From Gammaproteobacteria bacterium (GTDB lineage: Bacteria > Pseudomonadota > Gammaproteobacteria > Enterobacterales > Psychrobiaceae): a DNA stretch of 64,000 bases. Made by a program: the position numbers and the translations under genes. Shown one piece after another: positions 38,072 to 48,411 of this stretch. Location: assembly GCA_013214945.1 (NCBI GenBank), contig JABSRT010000009.1, forward strand, positions 63,070-127,069, written 5' to 3'. The notes under the pieces were generated by a model. The model saw nothing but the letters and a program-made list of their open reading frames with translations. It searched no databases and was not told the origin of the DNA. Every line of letters begins with the position of its first letter. Within the stretch, counting starts at the first letter, position 1.

Positions 38072-39301
38072 TCAACTTATTGTAACTGCTTGGTTCTTTT
38101 TAAGATCTAAGCAAATAATAAATATCATTAACAGCACCAGCAATATAACAGCCATTGTAATAGCCAGATAGACAAGATCTAACGAGCCGCTTACCTCGCG
38201 AATATAACCTGCCAGCAGATTACCTAGTGCGCCACCTAAACCCGATGTCACCATGCAAATACTGCTAATCTGCATGGTGGCTGTTGATGAAAACCGCTGT
38301 CTAATCCATCCCGCCAAGATCCCCCATACAGGAAAGTACATTAACCCATAACCAAACCCTGCTATTAAGGCATAACGCGATGGCTGATAAATAAAACAAG
38401 CCAGACACATGCCAAAACCACTAAATATCACCAACAGCGCAATAGCGTGCCCCATGCGATCTGCAATAAATCCTGCCGCAAAACCAGCCACCATGCCGCT
38501 AAGGCCAACAATACTCCACGTATATCCTCCTAGCGCGGCGGGCAAGCCTAGCTCATCTAAATAGGTATTAAACCAAGTAGCAAATGGCATAGCAGAAATA
38601 CCTACCAAGAAACAAATGATGCAGGAAAACAGCGCCGTACGTTCATTAATAATGACCGAAAATAATTTTTTAGCAGCAATTGTGTTGGCGGCAGGAATAT
38701 TGGTGTCTGCGGATGAATTGGTCGCTGGCCCAGCAGTTTGACGGGCTTCGTCACTGCTAATTCTCGCTAATAGTCGCCATGTCATCACGACAACAAACAC
38801 CCCAAACGCAGCTGCCGCTTGCCAACTTGCCTGCCAGCCCAAACTTGGTACAACGACAAGAATAAGCAAGCCATTAATTCCATAACCCCAAGCTGTGCCA
38901 CTGCCGGCACAAGAGAGCTGGGTAGAACATTGTTCTGGTTTGGCACAGCGGCTAATAATCTCGACAATAGTGCCCCAACTAATCGCAGCACTAGCAGCAA
39001 GAGTTGCTAGTACGATAGTAATGATTAATGGGTCTTGCACTTGTGACATTGTAAATAACAGCCCTGTCGAGATGGTGCCCGTACCAAGTGCTAACGTTGC
39101 ACTGCTCAAGCGGTGCCCTATCACCCCCAGTAATAAGGCTCCCGCTAAGTATGCTAGTTGAGAGATTGCACCAATCGTCGCCAAATGCCAATGCGTAAGC
39201 GCGATATCTTCACGCATCAGTGGCACCAAAGCAGCAAATAAAAACACCCCAAAGCCATGGCTAACGATCTGATTAAGACCAAAAGTAGCAGCAATTCGCA
39301 A
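38072..39301 (-). CDS. MFS transporter
   Basis: 12-TM profile. TTG start preceded by AGGAGG 7 nt upstream. Confidence 0.75.
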   Translation of the reverse strand: MRIAATFGLNQIVSHGFGVFLFAALVPLMREDIALTHWHLATIGAISQLAYLAGALLLGVIGHRLSSATLALGTGTISTGLLFTMSQVQDPLIITIVLATLAASAAISWGTIVEIISRCAKPEQCSTQLSCAGSGTAWGYGINGLLILVVVPSLGWQASWQAAAAFGVFVVVMTWRLLARISSDEARQTAGPATNSSADTNIPAANTIAAKKLFSVIINERTALFSCIICFLVGISAMPFATWFNTYLDELGLPAALGGYTWSIVGLSGMVAGFAAGFIADRMGHAIALLVIFSGFGMCLACFIYQPSRYALIAGFGYGLMYFPVWGILAGWIRQRFSSTATMQISSICMVTSGLGGALGNLLAGYIREVSGSLDLVYLAITMAVILLVLLMIFIICLDLKKNQAVTIS

Positions 39302-39811
39302 GGTGTAACCTCCTGTTTATTTTTATAACTGATTTAACGGTAGCACGACTAGCCAATGAGCTATTAAATTGCCTAGTATTACCGACAAATACAAGATAAA
39401 TAAATCACTTAAAATAGAACGTAGCTTATACGACTCCTGCACCGTCAATAACGACATCCTAGAGCTAAACAGCTTACTTATTATTGTTTTAATATCTCAC
39501 CGTAATTGATTTTCAAGTGAGCCTATTGCAATAGGCTGCGATATTATCTAATGATCCAAAGGGGGACGTTTGAGCATAATATGCCGTATTTTCGGCAACT
39601 CATTTCTCGCTAACATAAGGTACGCTGAGTACTTTATGCCACTTGTTCAACACAGTGTCGCCATGTTTGTTGCAGGGTTAGCACGTTAATAGATGTTGTG
39701 TAAGGTGTCGCTTATACTGCAGCGGCATAATCTTATCAAAGTCACTTAATCTAAAAATGACCCTGTGAGACCTTGTGCATTGATGACTAAAATTGAGTAT
39801 TGTTATGCCGA

Positions 39812-40537
39812 TTAAAAAACGACAACCTTTACTAAAATCATCACACTAGAAAGCAGTGAAAAGATTGCAATGACAGGCTTTAAATAATGCGGTTTAAATA
39901 AGTGCTCAATCAGGGTCGAGAGATAAAAACCAGCAATAACTGCCGGTAATAATGGCCAAGTCAAATCCATTTGTTTCGCACTAATATTGCCTGTTATCGC
40001 CAGCAGTGCCAGAGATATCATCGTGCTAATAAGAAAGAATAAGCCCAGCTCAGCGCGAGCACGGTGTAACGTACAGTTTTGGTAAACCAGCGCAATCGGT
40101 GGTCCGCCGACACCCGTCGTGGTGCCCATCACGCCAGAAAAAAAACCCGCAATAATTAAGTTTAGCGTAGAGTTAGTTACCGCAAAGCGATGATAAGTCA
40201 GCGCAACAGATACCATAATGAGCAACGAAAATATCACGACAAAGGTTGATGGTGATAATATTCCTAATAACATAATGCCAACCACGGAGCCTGCTAGACG
40301 TCCCGCTAACGCTAATTTTGTATTATTAATCTGGAGCCGCTTTCGATACCGTAGGGTATTTAGTAATGAAAGAGAGAAACCAAAGATTAAGACAGGCGCA
40401 GCTAAGAAGTCTAGATCAATCAAGACCAACACAGGGGCTGCTATAACTGAGATGCCAAAGCCAGCTAAACTTTGCAGCGTTGGTCCAAACATCACCGCAA
40501 CAAACGCGATTAGCAATAATATTGGATCGTCAAGCAT
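39812..40537 (-). CDS. TauE/SafE (DUF81) family anion exporter
   Basis: 241 aa, 7-8 TM with an internal repeat and Gly-rich TM motifs (GVMGTTTGVGGPP). Confidence 0.75.
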   Translation of the reverse strand: MLDDPILLLIAFVAVMFGPTLQSLAGFGISVIAAPVLVLIDLDFLAAPVLIFGFSLSLLNTLRYRKRLQINNTKLALAGRLAGSVVGIMLLGILSPSTFVVIFSLLIMVSVALTYHRFAVTNSTLNLIIAGFFSGVMGTTTGVGGPPIALVYQNCTLHRARAELGLFFLISTMISLALLAITGNISAKQMDLTWPLLPAVIAGFYLSTLIEHLFKPHYLKPVIAIFSLLSSVMILVKVVVF

Positions 40538-40870
40538 CGTATTGGTGGCTCCTTAATTTCGTTAACAAATTTATCTCTACTTCAGGTCAGTTCAATTAAA
40601 ATTAATTTAAATCCGCGCCTAAGTAGTAATTAAACGTTAATAATAAAAGACTTTTTCGTAAAACAAAACAATTACACCAACAAACCCAGTTAACGATTTG
40701 TTGCGACCATGAGTATTAGATGTTAGGTTATTGCGTTCAAAATAAAAACAAGCGTTTAATCTCTTATTAAAATGATACTTTTGCTGGCTAATTTGGCCGC
40801 TCTTTTAATATCGTCTGGTTGTAATGACCCCTGCATGACAAGTACAACGCACTACGAAAGGTAATACCCC

Positions 40871-42619
40871 ATGGCTGTATCCTCAACCTTTAATTTTCGT
40901 TTCACTATTTTTCATCGCACCCTATTAATGAGCCTTAGCTCAATTGCTATTTTACTTATTGCACTAGGTTTTATTTTAAACAGTGTCGCGAATATGGTTA
41001 CCTCAATCGAAGGAAACACGACCCACCTGCAAAGCCAAACCGACGCTGTTAATCAGCAAAGTAGCTTGGTTAGCGATCAAGAGCAATTAATAAACTTGCA
41101 AACAACAACACTTGAAGCCTATGCATTTTATTCGACTTACCTGTATTGGAGTTTTGATTGGGTATTAACGACCAGCGACCGCTCTCAGGCAGAAATAAAC
41201 AAAGCGGAAAAGTCACTGAGAATTAAATTACAACAAATATCATCTCTTGATCAAGGTCTCGCAGAGGCTGCTGAGGTTGTCGTTATTTATCTAGAAGATT
41301 TTAATTCGACCATTGCTCAAGCCGTAGAACGCACTAAAAGCAATGCCTCTAAGCATCGAATTAGCTCAAAAGTTAGTGAAGCTCAAACTCATAGCATGGC
41401 AATGAATGCAATGTTTGATGCAATTTTAGAGCAAACCGGCAATGCTGTTAAAGAAGCTAACCAAGGCGTCAAAATTGCGGGTGACCAAGTACGCCAAGCT
41501 GCGAATCAGGTATTAGTAGGTAGCGAGCAAGTGGCACAGTCAGGTCATAACCTAACGTCACAAATTTGGATCGTTATGGCCATATCGTCCATTATTAGTT
41601 TGATTTTTGGTGTGTTAATGGCGCGTTCTATTATCACACCCATCCGGCAGCTCACTTCGGTAATTACAGATATTGATCGAAACTCAGACTTAAGTCGTCG
41701 CATAAGCTATCAAGGTAATAATGAAGTGGGTGATATAGGCACTGCATTTAACGCAATGTTAGAAAAGTTTCATCATATTATTGTGCAATTGGCGCGCTGT
41801 GCCGATCAACTAAGTGATTCTTCACAAACCAGTGCCAAAGTTAGTGAAACAACCAATAATAGCGCGCAAAATTTGCGCCAAGAAACTGATTTAGTCGCCA
41901 CTGCTACCGGCCAACTTGCCAGCACGGTTCAAGAAGTTAATGTCAGTACCGATGACGCAGTTAAACAAGCAAAACAGGCACAACAAGCCTGTCGCAATGG
42001 CCAGCAACTTGTCGCTAATACGATGGGTGCAATTGAATCGTTGTCAGACCAAATCAACGAGAGCTCGGCCGCAGTTAATAACTTAGCCAAAGAAACCGAC
42101 GCTATAGGCTCGGTGCTTGACGTAATACGCGGTATCGCTAATCAAACCAATTTATTAGCGCTTAATGCCGCCATTGAAGCCGCCAGAGCCGGTGAACAAG
42201 GTCGTGGTTTTGCCGTGGTAGCCGACGAAGTACGATCATTAGCCGGCAAAACGAGTGAGTCGACTGATGAAATTCAAAAGATGATTGAGAAATTGCAAGC
42301 TGGAGCAGCCAGTGCAGTATCTCAAATGGCGTTAAATAGTGTTAACGCCAGTCAAACTCTTGAAGATGCAGCCCAAACCACCGAGTCAATCAGTGGAATA
42401 TTACTGTCGGTTAGCGCGATCAACGACACCAATCAGCAAATAGCCCACTCGACTCAAGAACAATCGATTGCGGCCAACAGTATCGATCAAAGCATTGCCC
42501 GGATCAGCGAATTAACCAATGATGTCAGCACGGCAGCTGAGCACACGTCAAAGTCGAGCGACGAGCTCAATAATATGATCGATGAACTACAGCATTTAGT
42601 GATTAAGTTTAAATATTAA
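40871..42619 (+). CDS. Methyl-accepting chemotaxis protein
   Basis: TM, sensor, TM, HAMP and the conserved signalling hairpin ([31 protein letters not shown]). Confidence 0.9.
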   Translation: MAVSSTFNFRFTIFHRTLLMSLSSIAILLIALGFILNSVANMVTSIEGNTTHLQSQTDAVNQQSSLVSDQEQLINLQTTTLEAYAFYSTYLYWSFDWVLTTSDRSQAEINKAEKSLRIKLQQISSLDQGLAEAAEVVVIYLEDFNSTIAQAVERTKSNASKHRISSKVSEAQTHSMAMNAMFDAILEQTGNAVKEANQGVKIAGDQVRQAANQVLVGSEQVAQSGHNLTSQIWIVMAISSIISLIFGVLMARSIITPIRQLTSVITDIDRNSDLSRRISYQGNNEVGDIGTAFNAMLEKFHHIIVQLARCADQLSDSSQTSAKVSETTNNSAQNLRQETDLVATATGQLASTVQEVNVSTDDAVKQAKQAQQACRNGQQLVANTMGAIESLSDQINESSAAVNNLAKETDAIGSVLDVIRGIANQTNLLALNAAIEAARAGEQGRGFAVVADEVRSLAGKTSESTDEIQKMIEKLQAGAASAVSQMALNSVNASQTLEDAAQTTESISGILLSVSAINDTNQQIAHSTQEQSIAANSIDQSIARISELTNDVSTAAEHTSKSSDELNNMIDELQHLVIKFKY

Positions 42620-42699
42620 GCTTTTAGCTTAGGAACTATCCTGTGGCCGCTAGTTATTCTATTTGCTAGCGTCCACGAACCTGCCATACCGTCATTATT

Positions 42700-42774
42700 C
42701 CAGTGCTGTTAATTCCAGTGCTATTAATTAGAGTGCTCTTCATTAAAGTGCTTTTAACTAAAGTGCTCGTCATT
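42700..42774. repeat. 5 x 15-bp imperfect tandem repeat (NNAGTGCTNTTNAWT)
   Basis: CCAGTGCTGTTAATT / CCAGTGCTATTAATT / AGAGTGCTCTTCATT / AAAGTGCTTTTAACT / AAAGTGCTCGTCATT; lies 80 bp after the MCP stop. Confidence 0.85.
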
Positions 42775-43301
42775 TAGTTAATGACCAACAGCCACTGCGT
42801 GTGTTCCGACACCAATTTATTGTTACGTTAAGGCTTTAAATCTTTTCCTAGCGGCTATAAAAAAGAAGTTATTTTACTCGCTGATAACACCTTGGCTCAG
42901 AAGTTAGATGCTGAAATTCAAATTCAATCATTATGGGCTCAGCCTTTGCTCAACGAAAAGTACCAACAACTGTGTTTGGTGGCAGTAGCGGCGGCGCCAG
43001 TGCACCTGTCGGCAGCGACGGCGAAGTAAAAGCCTTTATGAAAATGTTGACTCTCGATGCGGCCAAGCGCTTAAACTACGACCGAGACATGAAGAAAAAC
43101 TAAGATTATACGCTAACAAGTATAACTACCGGTGTCGTAGGCTCTCTACGGCATCGAGCAGTTATTTATCCCCGCTGGCTAAGTTAAATATCCTGCAACA
43201 ATGACGACTTTTAAGCAGCACCCTCAATCCTCCGCTATATTGATATTACAGCCTTTATTGCAATTGGTATAACTCACGTAATTTCACAAAGAGGAATCGT
43301 C

Positions 43302-43520
43302 ATGTCCACAAGCCATTGTTATCAAAAAATCGAAGTGGTAGGTTCGTCCACCACCAGCATTGAAGAGGCGATTGAGAATGCCATAAGTCACTGTAACCAG
43401 CCCAACCAACAATTAGACTGGTTTGAGGTAACCGAAACTCGCGGCCATATTGTCGAGGGCAAGGTTGGCCATTATCAGGTTAGCTTAAAGGTTGGTTTTA
43501 GGATGCCAAGCCAGCATTAA
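43302..43520 (+). CDS. Dodecin family flavin-binding protein
   Basis: YQKIEVVGSSTTSIEEAIENAI...WFEVTETRGHIVEGKVGHYQVSLKVGFRM matches the dodecin fold consensus; GAGGA SD. Confidence 0.85.
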   Translation: MSTSHCYQKIEVVGSSTTSIEEAIENAISHCNQPNQQLDWFEVTETRGHIVEGKVGHYQVSLKVGFRMPSQH

Positions 43521-43726
43521 CAAAAATGCTGGCAGACTAAGCAATCTGCTCAAAAATTAGATAGACACTGACGGTAAATTAACTATATGGTAGAGCGACT
43601 ATTTTATTGTAGCAGCCGCTGTTTCATGATCTTTCCGTCTCAATATAATAACGTCTCACTGTCGTATTTTATCAATTTGTAGCCGTATTTAGATGATCAG
43701 CACCCGAGTTTTGATAAAGGTAATAC

Positions 43727-45187
43727 ATGCTAAATCATCTATTTCAGCTGTCGCCGGATAGCGATGCAAGCTTGCAGCAACAAATCCGTGAGCAGATAAG
43801 TAAAGCCATTGTCGGTGGTCATATTCCGCGTAACATTGCCTTGCCTTCAACCCGCAAGTTAGCTGAAATGTTATTGGTTTCTCGCAATACCGTTATTTTG
43901 GCTTATGAACATTTAATTGATGACGGTTATATTGTGTCAAAGGCGCGCGCCGGCTTTTATGTTGATGAAAAAATTCTCAAGAGCTGCGTTCGTGACTCGG
44001 TTCAGATCCCAGCGGTTAAAGGTACGTCGCCTAATTGGGAGCGCTGCATAAAATTACGCAGCACCCCACCGACCCATAATAAAATATCACGCTGGCAAGA
44101 TTACCCTTATCCATTTATTTACGGCCAACTCGATCCTAAAATGTTTCCAACCAATCATTGGCGCGAGTGCAGCCGTGAGTCGATGTCGGTGCAATCGATT
44201 AGGGACTGGTCAGGTGACCGTTTTGATCAGGATGATCCCTTGCTAATCGAGCAAATTCATACCCGAGTTTTACCGCGACGCGGTATCTGGGTCGATCCTG
44301 AACAAATTCTTATTACAGTGGGATCTCAACACGCGCTATATATGACGCTGCGCTTGCTGCTGGATAAAAAGTCAACCTTTGGCTTAGAAGATCCTGGTTA
44401 TCCAGATTTAACCAGTATCGCCAGCCTTACTGGTGCCAAAATAAAACCATTAGCTATTGATCATGATGGGTTAATTATCAACGAACAGCTCGACAATTGC
44501 GATGTTGTGTTCACCACGCCTAGCCATCAATTTCCGACGACTGTCACCCTGCCCTTGCCACGTCGACTCGCTTTATTAGAACAAGCATCGCGCAAAAACT
44601 TTCTTATTATTGAAGACGATTATGAGTGCGAAACGACCTTTGCATCCCATCCGACTCCTGCGCTTAAAAGCCTCGATGATAACGATCGCGTTATTTACCT
44701 CGGTAGTTTTTCAAAAACCTTAGCGCCGGGGTTAAGGCTAGGTTACATGGTCGCATCAAAGGAACTAATTAACGAGCTACGCGAATTTAGACGAATGATA
44801 TTACGTCATCCACCAATGAACAATCAACGCGCCATCGGTCTCTTTTTGGCCCGTGGTCATCACGATTCTTTAATCCGTAATTTAGTTCAGGTCTATGAAG
44901 AGCGCTGGCATACATTAGACCAAGCCTTGCAAGATTATTTACCGGGTTCGGCCACCGCTCCGGTCTTTGGTGGCTCGGCATTTTGGGTCCAGGGGCCAGC
45001 TGAGCTTGATGCCAATCAGTTAAAAAGCCTCGCGTTACAACATGGCATAGTGCTTGAGCCGAGCAATTCTTATTTCCACCACAATGTCAAAAAGAACTAT
45101 TTCAGGCTCGGTTACTCAGCGATCCAAACTGAAAAAATTAGGCCGGGAATCAAGTTGTTAAGCGAATTAATCAAGCAGATAACTTAA
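43727..45187 (+). CDS. MocR-family regulator (GntR wHTH fused to an aminotransferase class I/II-like domain)
   Basis: LPSTRKLAEMLLVSRNTVILAYEHLIDDGYI HTH; PLP-Lys region SFSKTLAPGLRLGY. Confidence 0.9.
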   Translation: MLNHLFQLSPDSDASLQQQIREQISKAIVGGHIPRNIALPSTRKLAEMLLVSRNTVILAYEHLIDDGYIVSKARAGFYVDEKILKSCVRDSVQIPAVKGTSPNWERCIKLRSTPPTHNKISRWQDYPYPFIYGQLDPKMFPTNHWRECSRESMSVQSIRDWSGDRFDQDDPLLIEQIHTRVLPRRGIWVDPEQILITVGSQHALYMTLRLLLDKKSTFGLEDPGYPDLTSIASLTGAKIKPLAIDHDGLIINEQLDNCDVVFTTPSHQFPTTVTLPLPRRLALLEQASRKNFLIIEDDYECETTFASHPTPALKSLDDNDRVIYLGSFSKTLAPGLRLGYMVASKELINELREFRRMILRHPPMNNQRAIGLFLARGHHDSLIRNLVQVYEERWHTLDQALQDYLPGSATAPVFGGSAFWVQGPAELDANQLKSLALQHGIVLEPSNSYFHHNVKKNYFRLGYSAIQTEKIRPGIKLLSELIKQIT

Positions 45188-45393
45188 CTTATCACAACGC
45201 TAAACAATGCGTTTTATTATGTCTGCGCGACTCGGAACTGGGCGATAAGTTAGACTATTGGATCTAAAAAAAGGCACTGAGTTGGTACTATAAAGCCCTT
45301 TCTCCTTACCCTATATTCAGATCCGAGAGAACGTCCACTTCCAGCGATGTTCTAGGTATAACTACATCACGTAGAAGAACCGGAGCTGCAATA

Positions 45394-46926
45394 ATGAATG
45401 CCAATTTTATTACCATAAAAAATCATATCAACGGCCAATGGGTAGAACAACCTAATAGCGCCAAAGAGTCCTTATATAACCCATCAACGGGCGCAGTCAT
45501 TGGTGACGTTCCACTGTCAAGCGCTGCTACCTCGAGTCAGGCCGTTCAGGCAGCAGCCGACGCCTTCCCAGCTTGGCGCGACTTGCCTCTGCCAAAACGG
45601 ATGGATTATATCTTTAAAATGTTACGGGCGATGGAAGACAATTTAGAAGCACTTGCTATTGCCATTGCTTTGGATCAAGCCAAGCACATATCGGAAGCGC
45701 GCGGTGAAGTGAGCCGGGTGATCGAAATTCTGCAAATGGCTTGTGCTATTCCGACCATGTTACAAGGTGAAACTGTGCAAGGCATTGCCAACAATATTAA
45801 TGGTCGCCTGATTAAAGCGCCGCTCGGCGTTTTCTGCGGCGTAGCACCCTTTAATTTCCCCGCCTTAGTATTCGGCTGGTTTATTCCCTTTGCTATCGGC
45901 GCTGGCAATACCTTTGTTTATAAGCCATCGACTGAATCTCCGTTATTTATGCAAAAAATGATGCAGCTACTAGTCGATATTGGTCTGCCCAAAGGCGTGG
46001 TTAATGTCGTGCATGGCGATCGCTCTGTCGTTGAAGCTTGGTATGACGATGACAATGTCGCAGGTGTCTGTTTGGTTGGTTCAACCCCAACCGCCAAAGC
46101 GATAGCGCAAGGTTGTGGCCGCAGTGGCAAGAAAACCATGCTGCTCGGTGGCGCCAAAAACTTCTTGGTTGCGATGGAAGACGCCCCGCTTGATTTGTTG
46201 ATTGATAATATTTTAATGTCTGGTTATGGCGCTGCAGGTCAACGCTGCCTAGCGGTGTCTAACATTGCGGTTGTGGCTGAGATTTACGATGAATTTATCG
46301 AACGTTTGCTCGCCGCTTCACAAAAAATAACCCTAGGTGATGCAATGGACCCCGAGGTATTTATGGGCCCGGTCATTTCAGCAACCGCCAAAAACAGAAT
46401 TCACCGTGCAATTGAAACAGGCATCAGCGAGGGCGCAACCTTGTTGCTCGATGGCCGTAATCCAGTTGTTGCTAAGTTAAACAATGATGGTTACTTTATT
46501 GGTCCGACTATTTTTACCGACGTAACCCCGTGCATGACAATTGCCAAACAAGAAATCTTCGGTCCAGTGTTAAGTGTGATCAAAGTTGGCTGTATTGATG
46601 GCGCGTTAAAAATGATTAAGCAACACGACATGGGTAACGGGGCTTGTATCTTTACTCAAAATAGCTATTACACCGAGCATTTTATCAACCAAGCAGACGT
46701 TGGCATGGTTGGCGTTAATGTGGGTATTTGTGCGCCTCACCCTTATTTACCTTTTGGCGGGATCAAGGGATCTTTAGTTGGCAATAACAAGGTTCAGGGC
46801 AAAGACGCAATTGACTTTTTCACTCAAAATAAAGTCGCCACCGTGCGAGTAATTAACCCTAAAGACCAGCAATCTGGGGCTGTTCAACCACAAGATAATA
46901 AAGTACGAAGCTGTGTGGCCAACTAG
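45394..46926 (+). CDS. CoA-acylating methylmalonate/malonate-semialdehyde dehydrogenase family aldehyde dehydrogenase
   Basis: ALDH fold, catalytic Cys in GQRCLA. LGGAKN replaces the ELGGKN general-base motif, as in the MmsA family. Confidence 0.8.
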   Translation: MNANFITIKNHINGQWVEQPNSAKESLYNPSTGAVIGDVPLSSAATSSQAVQAAADAFPAWRDLPLPKRMDYIFKMLRAMEDNLEALAIAIALDQAKHISEARGEVSRVIEILQMACAIPTMLQGETVQGIANNINGRLIKAPLGVFCGVAPFNFPALVFGWFIPFAIGAGNTFVYKPSTESPLFMQKMMQLLVDIGLPKGVVNVVHGDRSVVEAWYDDDNVAGVCLVGSTPTAKAIAQGCGRSGKKTMLLGGAKNFLVAMEDAPLDLLIDNILMSGYGAAGQRCLAVSNIAVVAEIYDEFIERLLAASQKITLGDAMDPEVFMGPVISATAKNRIHRAIETGISEGATLLLDGRNPVVAKLNNDGYFIGPTIFTDVTPCMTIAKQEIFGPVLSVIKVGCIDGALKMIKQHDMGNGACIFTQNSYYTEHFINQADVGMVGVNVGICAPHPYLPFGGIKGSLVGNNKVQGKDAIDFFTQNKVATVRVINPKDQQSGAVQPQDNKVRSCVAN

Positions 46927-47249
46927 AAAATTATTTTAATTCAAAGCATTAAAAATACGAAATAGGCCGTGACTATTAATTATTTGGCTGATTTTAATCC
47001 ATCAAGGCCACGGTGATAAGTAACCCCATCTGGATCGAACATTGAGTTAGCGTTGGATCTATAGAAGTGTTAACACTCTGCACTATGGTCAATAGTGCAA
47101 TTTTCTTTGGCTTGGTTAAAAAGACAACATTATAACGTTCGAACAATACTAATAGTATGTAACCTGAAGCTTAATATCTTAAGGTTCCAGTGAAAAACCC
47201 GGCAATATTCTCAGTTCACTAACAGAATAATAGTAGAGGTTTCAAATTG

Positions 47250-48365
47250 ATGACAAGTAGCACAGCCGCAGCGAATCAGGCAAATGACGATGATCACTAT
47301 GTCCAATTCGTGAATGTTAAAAAAAGCTATGATCAAAAAAACTTGGTTGTAAAAAATTTCAATCTCGATACAAAAAAAGGAGAATTTGTCACCTTACTTG
47401 GTCCCTCAGGTTCAGGAAAAACCACCTGCTTAATGATGCTAGCAGGCTTTGAAGATGTCACCAGCGGCAACATTCTTATCAACGGCGAACCCGTCACTAA
47501 CATTGCGCCTTATCATCGTAATATCGGCATGGTTTTTCAACATTACGCCTTGTTTCCTCATATGACTATTGCAGAAAATCTCGCCTACCCACTAAAAGTT
47601 AGAAAGTTACCTGCCAGTGAAGTAGAGCGACGAGTTAAAGACTCCTTAGCCTTAGTTGAGCTATCTAATTTTGCTAAACGTTATCCAGGTCAGCTTTCAG
47701 GTGGCCAAAAACAACGAGTGGCCCTAGCACGCTCCTTAATTTTTGAACCGAGCATTGTATTAATGGACGAGCCTCTTGGCGCGCTCGATAAAAATCTTCG
47801 AGAACAAATGCAGTTTGAAATTAAACGCTTACATCAAGATCTTGGTTTTACTGCTATTTATGTTACCCATGACCAGACTGAAGCGCTGACCATGTCTGAC
47901 CGTATTGCGGTGTTTAACAACGGCATTGTTGAACAATGTGCATCTCCTGAAGATCTGTACGAGCGACCAGCCAACGCTTTTGTGGCCAATTTCATCGGGG
48001 AAAATAATTCGATCGCTGGCACGGTTATCAAGTGCAGTGACGGCTTAAACCATGTTCGACTCGAAGATGGCGCTATCGTTACCACGAGCAACTCAAATTC
48101 ACCGCAAGAAAATGAGCCTTGCAATGTAATGATCAGGCCCGAAAACTTGTTTATTGCCAACGGCCAATTAATGGATAATCACATTAATGTCACTTTTATG
48201 ACCAGGCTCTATGTCGGTGATTCCATTCGTTATTTCTTCAAATTATCCAATGGATTAGAAATAATGGTCAAGTCTCTTAATGACAGCATGGCGCCAATTT
48301 TCCAGCCCGGCGAACTCGCAAAATTAACTTGGTCGACCGCCAGTGGACTAGCGTTAGCACCCTAA
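47250..48365 (+). CDS. PotA-like ABC transporter ATP-binding protein
   Basis: Walker A GPSGSGKTT, LSGGQKQRVALARS, VLMDEPLGALD, C-terminal TOBE-like domain. ATG 47250, with TTG 47247 one codon upstream. Confidence 0.9.
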   Translation: MTSSTAAANQANDDDHYVQFVNVKKSYDQKNLVVKNFNLDTKKGEFVTLLGPSGSGKTTCLMMLAGFEDVTSGNILINGEPVTNIAPYHRNIGMVFQHYALFPHMTIAENLAYPLKVRKLPASEVERRVKDSLALVELSNFAKRYPGQLSGGQKQRVALARSLIFEPSIVLMDEPLGALDKNLREQMQFEIKRLHQDLGFTAIYVTHDQTEALTMSDRIAVFNNGIVEQCASPEDLYERPANAFVANFIGENNSIAGTVIKCSDGLNHVRLEDGAIVTTSNSNSPQENEPCNVMIRPENLFIANGQLMDNHINVTFMTRLYVGDSIRYFFKLSNGLEIMVKSLNDSMAPIFQPGELAKLTWSTASGLALAP

Positions 48366-48411
48366 ACTCAAATATTTATATTAACCCACCAAAAACGCAA
48401 GAGGAACAACA

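Noticed and set aside
30640-43600. Direct repeat of the tmRNA 3' end (att site) or an integrase that would define a classical ssrA island
   Set aside because: I scanned the downstream spacers by eye. There is no copy of the terminal 15-20 nt of ssrA and no tyrosine-recombinase-like ORF, so the island boundary cannot be claimed.
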